Shown here: positions 11,730 through 22,600 of the stretch, piece after piece
Numbering within the stretch: the stretch's first letter is position 1
How the letters are laid out: every line of letters begins with the position of its first letter
The notes under the pieces: model-generated
What the model saw: only the letters and a program-made list of their open reading frames with translations
Databases searched by the model: none
What the model was told of the DNA's origin: nothing
Assembly (NCBI RefSeq): GCF_000143415.4
Contig: NW_003314277.1
Location: 507,183-571,182, forward strand
DNA from: Selaginella moellendorffii
Lineage: Eukaryota; Plantae; Lycopodiophyta
Direction of reading: 5' to 3'
Length of the DNA: 64,000 nucleotides
Position numbers and translations under genes: made by a program

Positions 11730-13052
11730 TTAAGGCTTGGCAGTTAGGCTGGGTATCACCACATAATTGCACTCAATATCCTCGTTCTCCATGTTCTCCA
11801 TGCAGCAAGTATACCACTTGGACAGAGCAAAGTCGTACGCAACAGGAGGCCACACCCCATGGCTTTCCTTCCTATAGAAAACCGAGATGAAAGCGGTGTC
11901 CTCGACCAGCCTCACGGTCATATCCTTGTCCCCCACTGACAAACAACAATTGGGTCCAAACAGGTCCGTGGACAGAATCCGCGACACCAAGACCCACGTT
12001 GAGTTTTCCTGTTTCATCTCCCAGATCGCCACTCCAATGTCTTCAAATGTCTCTGCATTGAACATGAACGATGCCCAGTAGCATTTCCCCTTGTACATGA
12101 AGGCACCTATGTATCCAAAAGACCAGTTTGCCCAGCTATCGTCTTCCTGTTCTTGTTCTTGTTCGTTCCGTGCTGGTGGCGAGATAGCTACATGAGACCA
12201 AGCTCTGGAATGCGGATCGTAAGCTGGGAATATGTTCTCCCCAGTGTAGAAGAAAGCACACCCTCGGAGAGGTGATCCCAATGAGTTTGAAGTGCTGAAG
12301 AGCGGGCCTTCATGCCAAGAACACGACTCTGATTCGTACTGCAGTGAGCAAATTTGGTCGTCATCATCATCTTCTGTCGGGCCTTCAACAGGCGTCTGGT
12401 ACTTCTGGTACAGTATCACGACCTGGTAAGAGCTACTGTCTGCGTTTATTTCTGCTTCCATGGAGATGTTGAGGTAGGCTGGGCGTGGACGATCCGGAGA
12501 GGCAATTGGAGCAGCCGGTAGTGCCTTCCACATGTTGGTGATCGGGTTTCCCACAGCTAAAGTCACCGAGTCTCTATGTTCCATGAGCATGCCACAGACA
12601 AGTCCATTGGAAGAACACAAGCCCACGAAACGCGAACCTGATGGGCCCAATGGAAGACTGCATCTCTTACGTTGGTTCAAGCTCAGGTGTGTACGCCATA
12701 GCTCGGTGTGATTCTCCAGCTCCATGCCATAATCAAAATGCTCCTCGTCATAGCGAAGCTCCCTACAGAGCCACTTGCTTCAACGATCATGATGAAAGCA
12801 GCAAGCTTACCGGTCAACAGGCGGATCCGTCCGCACTCTGAGCACAGCCCAGGGTTTGAGCGATGGCTTGTACAGCTGCACGAAACGAGGAGCGAGCACA
12901 GCATCATACCAGGACTTGCAGACAGCCCGCAATGTGAACAACTCTGGAAGACCCAGAAAGCTGAAGATGTGGAGCACAAGCGATGGCTCCGTGATGCGCT
13001 CCAGATTGCCGCAGCGACCCCCATCCTGTTCAAAGGCGCCCCATCTCCCCAT
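11730..13052 (-). CDS. F-box protein with C-terminal FBA/kelch-like domain (424 aa)
   Basis: Exon 13052-12811 carries the F-box (LHIFSFLGLPELFTLRAVCKSW); a 48-nt GT-AG intron 12810-12763 gives an in-frame join (VDR|ELRYDEE) to exon 12762-11730 with SSNGLVC and VGNPITNMWKALP. Confidence 0.85.
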
Positions 13053-13276
13053 TTACTCACTATTAGGGTTTTTGACTTTAAACGTAGTGCAGCTGGAACC
13101 GCACTACAAGCTTAAATAATGCAGATAAGGGCGCAGACAAGAGGTAATGTATGAGCTGGCCGTCAGTAGAAAGGCTGTGGAGCTTGCTTGTTGGAAGGGC
13201 AAGGCACCGCGACAGTGAGTTGGGATCGGAGGCTACTGTTTCTCTTAGTGCTCTGGATCGGCTCTGTAGCGACAAG

Positions 13277-13410
13277 ATGAAGGTGAAGGTTGTTCTGGTC
13301 TGTTTCCTTTTGATAGCTCTTAGCTTCTACATGACTTTTGCTTTGGAAGGCGACTACTTCAACATTCTCAAGCTTGCAGCCTGTGATGAAGAGGACAGAG
13401 CCTGCACAGA
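13277..13410 (+). pseudogene. Divergent third cysteine-rich peptide copy, truncated
   Basis: MKVKVVLVCFLLIAL...YFNILKLAACDEEDRACT resembles copies 1 and 2, then runs into an F-box fragment. Confidence 0.7.
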
Positions 13411-13413
13411 TCT

Positions 13414-13860
13414 GCAGACAAGCCCACGAAACGCGAACCTGATCCATGGGCCCAATGGAAGACTGCATCTGTGACGTTGATTCAAGCTCAGGTGTGGACG
13501 CCATAGCTCGGTGTGATTCTCCAGCTTCATGCCATAGTCAAAAAGCTCCTCGTCATAGCGAAGCTTTCTTAGTAACACTGTGAGAATCTACAGAGACTTT
13601 GCTCAGTTTGCTTCAATGAGAGACTAAGAAGCAAACGAAGCTGGTCAATAGGCGGATCTGTCCGCAGCCTGAGCAGGGCCCAGGGTTCGAGCGGTGGCTT
13701 GTAGCCTTGTACAGCTGAGCGAAACGAGGAGAGAGCACAGCATCATACCAAAACTTGCAGACAGCCCGCATTGTGAACAACTCTGGAAGTTCCACAAAGC
13801 TGAAGACGTGCCAGAGCACAAGTGATGGTCCGTGATGCGCTCCAGATTGCCGCAGCGAGC
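13414..13860 (-). pseudogene. Truncated, frameshifted F-box paralog
   Basis: HVFSFVELPELFTMRAVCKFWYDAVL and LRYDEELFDYGMKLENHTELWR match 12600-13020; the C-terminal two-thirds is missing. Confidence 0.85.
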
Positions 13861-14569
13861 AGGGCAGTTATTGAAAGTGTTCAAGACAAAAACCAACAAA
13901 CTTTTATTTATGGTTATTCATTTTCAAGTCATTCTGAATCATTCAGCTCAAGTAGCAGCATCCTCCCTCAAGTCCGATCGCCTTGTTGATACGCAGACAA
14001 TTGCCCTGGTATCCATACTGCTTCCCACCTTTCCTCTGACAGTTATGACCACCAAGTTTCCCATATATCTTGCCAGTGCAGGCTTTGTCGTCATCATCAC
14101 AAGATTCAGCGAGAGCGTTGAAGTGGCAGCCCTGAAAAACAAGAGCCATTATGAGGAGACAAACCAGCACAACAGGCTTCATCTTGTTGTTGAAGAGAAA
14201 TAGACTAATGAACTTGGAACGAGCAGATGAGGATTGGCGAATTGAGGAACAACACTCACCAATTTATAGCAAGGGACTGTAAGCCAGAGGACAAGATAAA
14301 CATTCAGACTGAAAGGCTGCCGGTGCGTTCAGAGTAGACTAAGTCTGTTCTCGATAAGAACAAACGTGTTGAGATGGAATAAATTACTGCAACGTGAGTC
14401 TGACAATATGAAAAAACAAATTCTGTGTTGAATGTGATAGTACATGCTCAATAGTGGAACACTGGAACTTCCACTATTAAGCATGTACTCACCTTTGTTC
14501 ATACAGTTATGATAATCAAATTTCCCAGACATTTGGGATTGAAAAACGAGAGACTTCATCACAAATCAG
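13861..14569 (-). repeat. Right arm of inverted duplication
   Basis: Reverse complement of 9946-10639. Confidence 0.95.
13943..14182 (-). CDS. Secreted defensin-like cysteine-rich peptide, copy 2 (79 aa)
   Basis: Intact ORF, 69/79 residues identical to copy 1, TATA box retained. Confidence 0.8.
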   Translation of the reverse strand: MKPVVLVCLLIMALVFQGCHFNALAESCDDDDKACTGKIYGKLGGHNCQRKGGKQYGYQGNCLRINKAIGLEGGCCYLS

Positions 14570-15344
14570 CATCTTGTTGCTCAGCAGACTTGTTAACAGA
14601 AACAGACTAATCAACTTGAAATGAGTCATGAATGGAGGAGCAACATCCCAATTTTTAGTGTTAAGAAGTTACCCTACAAGCCTGGGCTGGGGCAATACTA
14701 TTATACCATGTGTAGCGGGCATTATTAAATCATTGTGTTTAAACATGGCTTGATCGTTGCGAAAACTTCAAGTAGCTATAAAAGCTAAATAGTACATTTT
14801 CGACTCCCTAAATGAACTAAAGCCTTAGGAGGAAATGTAAAAAAGAGTCAACTGGAATGTTGTCCATCTCTAATGTCATTGTAGCCATCATTGAATAAAG
14901 TCAAATTAATCAAATCCAATCTGACAGCATTCGTCTTCAGGCTCTCAAGCAAATTCAAGGCATAATATTCAGAATGTTTTAGTTATGTACAAAATTCTGA
15001 TAAAAAAACACTGGTCATAGCCCAGTCAGGCGTGGTTGTAAGGGTCCTCCTTGGGAAACTTGGAGTTTTGAGTAATTTATTCATGAACAAAACTCAAACA
15101 CCACATAATTCTCCTTGGTAATTATTACATTATACTCCATATCAGGTGCACACACCACCTGCACAATATGTTGCAGTCGTTATAGCAACCCGTGACGGTC
15201 GGGTTCTTGCATTGCGCACATGTTTGCTTCATAGTGATGGAGAGTGTTGTATATGCTAACGTTTCCTCAGGCGAATACAATACATCCAAAGTTTGGGACC
15301 GAACCACAACACAAGCTTATATGCAGCTCATAGGAAACATTCCA
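14570..15344 (+). repeat. Second copy of direct duplication
   Basis: Matches 10897-11679. Confidence 0.95.
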
Positions 15345-16260
15345 CGCCCAGCTGGTATGATGCTGTGCCACTCACCAATTTTTTCAATCAATGACATTAG
15401 AGATGCTCCTCAACCTTGGAGCACTACAGCAAGGCCGTGCCGTGCACGCCACCATCGCCACCACTGCGGGTTACATAACATAGGCTCGCCCCGCTACAAA
15501 ACATGTCACCGGGGCAGCTATTGCCAACACCAGCATATCCTATAAAGCTGAGCTGGCGAAAATCACTAGCAAGTTTACACCTGTTGCTAATTTTATACAT
15601 GAAATGGACAAACGTATGCTTATATAATTGGTTTGTCCTTCCCTATGGATCTTTGTTATATCAACTTACATGGTAACTTGCAAAGGCTAACATCAGACAA
15701 AGAGAAGAGCTAGTGTTTTGCTATTGGAGTGGAGGAAAATGGCTCGTGGAAGGATACTTCTTGTGATTTTGATGAGCACCAGCATCAATTGTTCCACGCT
15801 GGGCTCGTTGTCAGTGATGAACCAGCAGGCCGAGCTTGGGAGCTTGTTCCAAGGCAGCGTGTCTCCGGGAGGTCCTTCAATGCATCGACAGCCAGAATGA
15901 GAAGCGCCCGGATAGACCGACGAGTGTGGATCAGGAAGGCTCAATCGGAAATGAAATGTTCATCCAGGGTCAGGCTAGTCCATCACCCGGCCCATCCAAG
16001 GACAAAATGAATCTTCTTGTTAATTATAAGATATAAGTAATATATTTAGAATTGACAGAGCAAACTTTTTGATTTTTTAAAAATCAACTTGCATTATATA
16101 AGATTTACATGGTCCTTATATAAGAACAAAATTGTTTCTTTCCAAAGTAAAATCCAATTCCGTCATTCCTTGGATAAGCTGCCTTGCAGATGGAATGCTA
16201 TCCCAATCCATAGAATTGTGATGGAAATTCCTTAAACTTCGATCTCTCTTGCGTGCATTT

Positions 16261-16875
16261 TTAAATACCACTTCCAAATCTATATTTGGGAACGGACAAG
16301 ATGAGACAAGTGTAAAGCAGCATCCCTAATCCCCACACATTGCTGGCTGTGATATAGCACCATTGAGCATCGAGCATCGCTTCGGGGGACATATGATCCC
16401 ACGTCTCACCCCCACACTCGTTCCATGGATCCTTTATCCAGCAAGCCATCCCAAAGTCGGACACCTTTAGGACATAAAACTTCCCAGGTCACGGGTACTT
16501 CAGCAAAACATTCGCAGGCTTCAGATCACAGTGGATGATCTCGTTATCATGAACTCTCTTTAACGTCTTGGTGAGAGTTATGACGATCTTTGCAGATTCT
16601 TCCCCATCAAGCTGCCCCTTGTACTTGATCCGGTCGTGAAGGCTGCAATTGCACAGCTCAAGAACAAGGTGGTACACCTCCCCGTACTGATTGGGCTCTT
16701 CTTGTACGATCTGCTCAAAGTGGACTCATCCAAACACCTCTAGCATAACCATCACTCGAGCTTCAAACAGCCCATCGGACCCATGGACTGTCTTGATCAC
16801 AAAAACCTCATCACTCCTTTGGAATGCCATTGCTTGCCTTCCACCCCAATCGATTTCTCTAGTCTATAGTTCTTT
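16261..16875 (-). pseudogene. Ser/Thr protein kinase pseudogene (CAMK/CDPK-like)
   Basis: YRLEKSIG, VFVIKTV, HLVLELC, IIHCDLKPANVLL, SDFG, MSPE, NVWGLG motifs; in-frame TGA at 16489-16491 plus an upstream stop and frameshift. Confidence 0.8.
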
Positions 16876-17114
16876 ACTAGCGTTGGGTATTCTAGAACTT
16901 CTTATTCAAGACCGTGTGTTGGTTGAAACACTCCATCTTTTGCCTAGGTTTTTTGTGCATATAATTCTTCAAGCTAACCATCTCGAATGAAAAATGTAAC
17001 CTTAAAATCAAAACTGCTCTAGAGCTTGTTTGTAAAGGTAGAATCTTCGTTTAAGTATCTTTTATTTTTAAAGGTATCATGTTTAAGTGATAACATTTAG
17101 GTAATTTTCCTGGA

Positions 17115-19073
17115 ATGATTCTCCAGAGCTCCGCGCGATCAGAGTCCATACACTCGCTGCTAGCGGCGCTCAAGGTATGTGCTAGGACAAAGGATCTTGC
17201 ACGGGGCAGGGAGATCCATCATGCGGCCTCCAAGAAGTTTGGAGAGGCCAACATCTACATCGCCAGCGGTCTCGTGGCCATGTACGCCAAATGTGGCTGC
17301 TTGGACGAAGCCGCGGGAATTTTCCAGGGGATGGAGCAGCGAGACGTGGTTTGCTGGACTGCGCTCATCGTGGGCTACGTCCAGAATGGAGCTCCGGAGA
17401 TAGCACTGGATTTGTTCTCGCAGATGGAAAGAAGTGGCTGCGATCCAAGCGGCCCCACTCTCCTGGCCCTTCTCAAGGCTTGCGTGATTCTGGACGAGAG
17501 AGAACGAGCAGGGATCGAAAATGGGAAGTTCTTCGCGGGGAGGATGAAGCTGCTCGAGAGAACCATGGCGATCCACGCTCGAGCTGCCAAGAGCTCGGAT
17601 AGCATGCTCTCGCGGTACGCTCGTTTGGCAACTTGTCTCGCGGATACCTACGCCAAGTGTGGAAGCATGAGAGACTCTTGGCGAGTTTTCGATGGGATTG
17701 AGAACCACGACGTTGTCTCCTGGACGGTATTGGTTCTGGGATACGCTCAAAACCGGCAGGAAGATTTGGCTCTGGAGCTCTTCTCGCAGATGGAAGCTGC
17801 TATGATCAATCCAGATTGCTCGAGTTTTCTCGCGGCTGTCAAAGCTTGCTCTAGTCTGGCCGTGCGAGAGGAGATTGATGCGTCGTTGGCTGTGAAGATC
17901 AAGAGCTTGGAACGAGCCATGGCGATTCACTCTCACGCATCAAACTCTCGCTGCTTCAAGTTGGAGGCGAGGAAACATTTACACTTGGCGAACGCGATGG
18001 TGGACTTGTATGCCAAGTGTGAAAGTTTAGAAGATTCTCGCAGGGTGTTTGATTCGATGGAGCAGCACGACATCGTTTCCTGGACATCGATCATCACAGG
18101 CTATGCTCACGAGAGCCAAGATGGAGAAGAAGCTTTGCTTCTCTTCTCTTGCATGCAAGAACAAGGATTTAAACCCGATCGTTTAGCTTGCGTCGCCGCT
18201 ATCAAGGCTTGTAGCGTAATTGCCGAGAAGAAACAACGCAAGAGATGGGATTTAGACGTAGAATCTCTCGAGAAAGCAATGAAAATCCACTCGTGGATCT
18301 CGCAGCTTGGCCTGGAGAGAGATCCATCGCTTGCTAGCAGTCTGGTTGATATGTATGCCAAGTGTGGAAGCTTGATCGTGGACGCTCGCCGGGTATTTGA
18401 TAAGATCTTAGATCGCGACGTAGTCTCGTGGAACTCTTTCCTGTTTGGATGTGTTTACATTGGTGAGGACGAGCTTGCGTTGGAATGCTATGCGGCCATG
18501 GAAGTTGCTCCCAACTCTCAAACATTTCTTGCGTTGTTGCAAGCTTGCGGGAACCTGGGAGATTTGAAGCTCGGTAAGCTCTTCCACGGACAGATTCTCC
18601 GGCAGGGACTGGAAGGGAGTCCTGTGGCGATTTCCCTGCTCGACTTCTACTGTAAATGCGGGAGCGTCGAGGTCGCCGAGCTTGTGTTTGAGAGCTCCAT
18701 TGCGTCTCCCGACACTGTGGCATGGAATACTTTGATTGCAGGACATGGCGCTCGAGGAGACGCCATCGCTGCGTTCCAAGCGTTTCGGAGCATGCGAGTG
18801 CAAGGCGTGGATCCGGACAGTGTCACCTTTGTAGAGATTTTCGCGGCGTGCAGTCACGCTGGGATTCTCGATCGAGGACGGGAATTCTTGGATGGAATGT
18901 GGTCCAAGTTTGGGGTGGCTGCTCACATCGAGCACTTTCACTGCATGATCGACGTTCTTGGCCGTGCCAGTAACGTCGAGGATGCCATTGCTCTAGCGAG
19001 GAGAATGCCATTCCAGCCAAATAGCGTGACATGGACCACGATTCTCGACGCATGGAGGAAAAGATACACTTGA
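17115..19073 (+). CDS. PLS-class PPR protein with long L-motif insertions, ends within E domain
   Basis: Intronless 652 aa; MYAKCG and VVSWT repeats; ends MPFQPNSVTWTTILDAW. Confidence 0.9.
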   Translation: MILQSSARSESIHSLLAALKVCARTKDLARGREIHHAASKKFGEANIYIASGLVAMYAKCGCLDEAAGIFQGMEQRDVVCWTALIVGYVQNGAPEIALDLFSQMERSGCDPSGPTLLALLKACVILDERERAGIENGKFFAGRMKLLERTMAIHARAAKSSDSMLSRYARLATCLADTYAKCGSMRDSWRVFDGIENHDVVSWTVLVLGYAQNRQEDLALELFSQMEAAMINPDCSSFLAAVKACSSLAVREEIDASLAVKIKSLERAMAIHSHASNSRCFKLEARKHLHLANAMVDLYAKCESLEDSRRVFDSMEQHDIVSWTSIITGYAHESQDGEEALLLFSCMQEQGFKPDRLACVAAIKACSVIAEKKQRKRWDLDVESLEKAMKIHSWISQLGLERDPSLASSLVDMYAKCGSLIVDARRVFDKILDRDVVSWNSFLFGCVYIGEDELALECYAAMEVAPNSQTFLALLQACGNLGDLKLGKLFHGQILRQGLEGSPVAISLLDFYCKCGSVEVAELVFESSIASPDTVAWNTLIAGHGARGDAIAAFQAFRSMRVQGVDPDSVTFVEIFAACSHAGILDRGREFLDGMWSKFGVAAHIEHFHCMIDVLGRASNVEDAIALARRMPFQPNSVTWTTILDAWRKRYT

Positions 19074-19399
19074 GGAAAAACTTTGATGTATATTTGAGGA
19101 GTCGCGCCAAACAATCCTTGAAGGGGTGATCCCTGTTGGAGTTGGTTTTGCGGCTACCAGCGAGGTTATGCAGTTGCTGAGCTTGACAGCAAGCTTGGTG
19201 TTGTAACAAGCTCTTGCCAATCTCTCACATTGGATGTTTGCCACAAAAGTTTCGCAAAGCCACCACCGATTGCCCACGGGCACCTGTGACTTCAGTAAGC
19301 ACGAGAGCTTTTGCAACTGAACTGGGAAAAGAAACCAGCTCAGTAATGTTTGAATCTTTTCGCTGTGATTTGGACCTGGATAGAAAGATTGACAACATC

Positions 19400-19600
19400 A
19401 GGAAGTAGGACCTTTGAAGTGATGTCTATGTAGTCTGCAACACCTGCTTGGCCACCCAAGACTACATTATCACCTAGTCTGCAGCGAAGGAAAAAGAGAA
19501 AGATCTCATACTTACATGCAATTCCGACTTGTCCACAAATTAGCATCCTATCACAACATTGTGTCCAACTTAGGTTATCAAGCTTCATGTTATGCTTGAT
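19400..19600 (-). pseudogene. LpxD-like hexapeptide-repeat acyltransferase fragment
   Basis: KLDNL...MLICGQVGIA and LGDNVVLGGQAGVADYIDITSKV separated by a probable intron; no N-terminal part found. Confidence 0.55.
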
Positions 19601-19649
19601 GGTTGAGGGCAAACCAGAGGGCATTGCAATTTGTCCTTAGAGAGCATAG

Positions 19650-22600
19650 TTTTTTAACAGTAATTTGCTTAGTATTCAGTATCATACTTTTGTTTTTATT
19701 CCTTTATTCTCTTTTAAATTTAGATATATGTTATCCTTTCACCAAATCTAAAATATGCCATCCAAGGCTGCAGATGACGTGTTGTGGTTGTCATATTGTT
19801 CTTGTGGTTATGTTATCTTTATATTGAGTTTTTGGTGATATATAGCATGATCTTGTTGATGTTGCTCAAATCTTGATGTATTGTCATTATTAGCTTTCCT
19901 AGAATATAATTACATGATTTCTCCTATTCTTGATTTCTTGTCAATCTCCTATTAATATAGAGTATGATTGTGATATTAATTGAAAAGTTATAAATAATGT
20001 AGTCTGGTTTTTGAAGGGTGTTTGAGGATTGAGTTTATAAAAAGATGATATTTGAGCTTGAGTGAATTTCTACTAATAAAGAATTTGATTGCTTTGGAGA
20101 TAATTATGAAGACAAATTGGAGATTTTATTGAGTAAGTGTTAATCCTTAATTTGCCACATGATCCTTTCTATTTGCCTTTTACTCTCTTACAACATTTTC
20201 TTATTTCTTGGCAATGCCTTTTCCATATTTATAATATTTCCTTCTCTTAATATGTTGATCATTTGGTCATTTTTTACTCTTATGAGCTTTATTCTCAGTA
20301 TAGTGTTAAATTGAGTGTTTTCTATCTTTGTCATATTTGGATATTGCGTATGTATGAAGTTGAGAATTTTGTTTTTGCTTTGTTAGTAGAGTTTTTGATT
20401 ATTTCTGATATTAAGTATTCCTCTATTCCAAAGGTTAAATTAATTTTGCTAAAATTTTGGGTTAAGTGTATTTCCTCTAATGTAAGAGTCTTTACGTTAC
20501 TATTATTACTAATGAATTTTCTATTTCCTTAAGAGTATGAACTTTTTTATTGATTTTCCCATCTTAAATATTGAGTTTCATACTAAAAAGGTTGAATATA
20601 TAGAGTAGTTTACTTATCTAGGCTTGGCTAAAGTATTTTATAATAATATATCTCTTGGTCTTTAGCCTTTTTTCTTGGATGGAGTCTCTTATAATAGGAG
20701 GTCCTTTCTTATCCAAGTTTTAAGCATATTTCCTTTTTTTTTTTATCCATTTTTATTTTGACAACTATTGAAAATGCTTCTTTCAATACTTCTTTATTCA
20801 TTTTTTCTTCTTCCATAATGTTTCTTCAATTTTTTTCACTTTTTCTTCTTTGCCCCAATGCTTCAAACTTTTTATTTTAAGAGGGAGTAGAGGGGATAAA
20901 TAGGAGTCTTACCTATGAGGATGAGTAGATATAGTAATGAAGCAATGACAAATGTATAGATTGTGGAGTGAAAATGAGTGTAACAAATTTGAATGAAATA
21001 TTTAGCCTTGATACAATGAGGGTAAATAAATTTGATAATGGAGTGAAGTCACACATAGATGAAGACAAGTACAATGAATTAATAGAATTAAACTTTTTTC
21101 ATTTAAAGAGAGGATAAAGAAAGACCCAAGTTTAACAATGGAGAAAAGAATATGAAAAGTTAATAGCCATAATGTATAGGATGAATAGAGTGAATTTTAC
21201 TTCCCATGTTGGTGTTATATGAAGACAAAGGTTGTAAATTCAAGTTAACACATGTCTTGAAAACTAATCAAAAGGAAAATGCAAGGATATATTTTATTGA
21301 TGGTCATGGGTCAAAGTTAATGGTGGTTTCAAAAGATGGTCAATATGCTATTTTAATATCATTTGTTACAACAATGTCTTGTGGATTATAGTTGCCCTCG
21401 ACATACTTTGCTTTGGTTCATAGTTATAGTTTTAAGGTTAATTTGAGCATTTAGATACTGCACACAAAGTTGCAATTATTTCACCAAAATTCCTTAGTTG
21501 TATACCATGGCTTTGGATTTTGTTTCTGTCATGATTGTTAGTAATTATATTAATGGTTTTGTAAGAGTTTTAAGTTCTTGTAGTAGTGTATAATCACTCA
21601 AAAGAAGCTCTAAATATTTCATCTAACTTCGTTACCTTTTTAACTTTTTGATGGGAGGATCTATAAATATATATATGTATCAATGTCTATATAATATACT
21701 AATTATAGTAGTATAGCATATAGACTATCTATTTAGGACTGAATTTGGTCTATCCATTTCTATATATAAGCAGGAGTGTAAACCTATTTCCATATTCTAT
21801 GCACTTATATTAATAAATTATGATAATATAAATAAAATCCTTTTCCGCATATTATATATAGCAATGTTTAGTTTACTATTTTATTCTTATTTAGTATTAT
21901 TTATTAATATAATTGATTAATATATAATTATATTAAGAATTTTAGAAGAGAAGTTGATAAAAAGTTGGATAAGCATTCATAATACTCATAATACATTTGT
22001 GGGGATAAAAGATAAACTTTTCTTTAATGATTACATACTTGAGTTTTCTTTGACTAGTTTTAGAGTTAAGCCAAAGGTGCACCAAGATGGAAGACCATCA
22101 AGCATAACACATTTAGGCCAAAAGCTTTAACACAAAAAGTAAAGAGTAGAAGTGAAATTTCTAAAGAAGGGTTTAAGGGACAAGCATAAAACAATTAAAC
22201 AATGAGCATGAAGTGATTAAACAATGAGTATGAAACAATTGATAACAAATCTCTAAAAAGGGACATAAAAATGACTAATACCTAGGAGTGTTGAAACCAA
22301 AATTCTAGAACCCAAAATCTCAAAGTGGAATAATGTCAAAACCCACTGAAAACCAAGTATTTGAAGTGTTAGACATATTTGGGGATAGGCATATTTGGGG
22401 CTAAACATATTCAACCTTTAAATGATCATTTCCCAAACCTTAAATTTCTATAGAATAGTAGGGGGAAAAATTTTAAAAGAATCAATATGACAAAAAAAAG
22501 TTTTACACATCTAGTGGGTGATAATATAAATACTTAGGAGTCTAAGGCTAAAGTGAACATAGATGGACAAATAAAATGAACTATTCAAGAATTAATTTTA

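Noticed and set aside
15125-15307. Cys-rich RING-like ORF in the direct repeat
   Set aside because: Incomplete ligand set, no ATG at the listed start, and indels between the two copies
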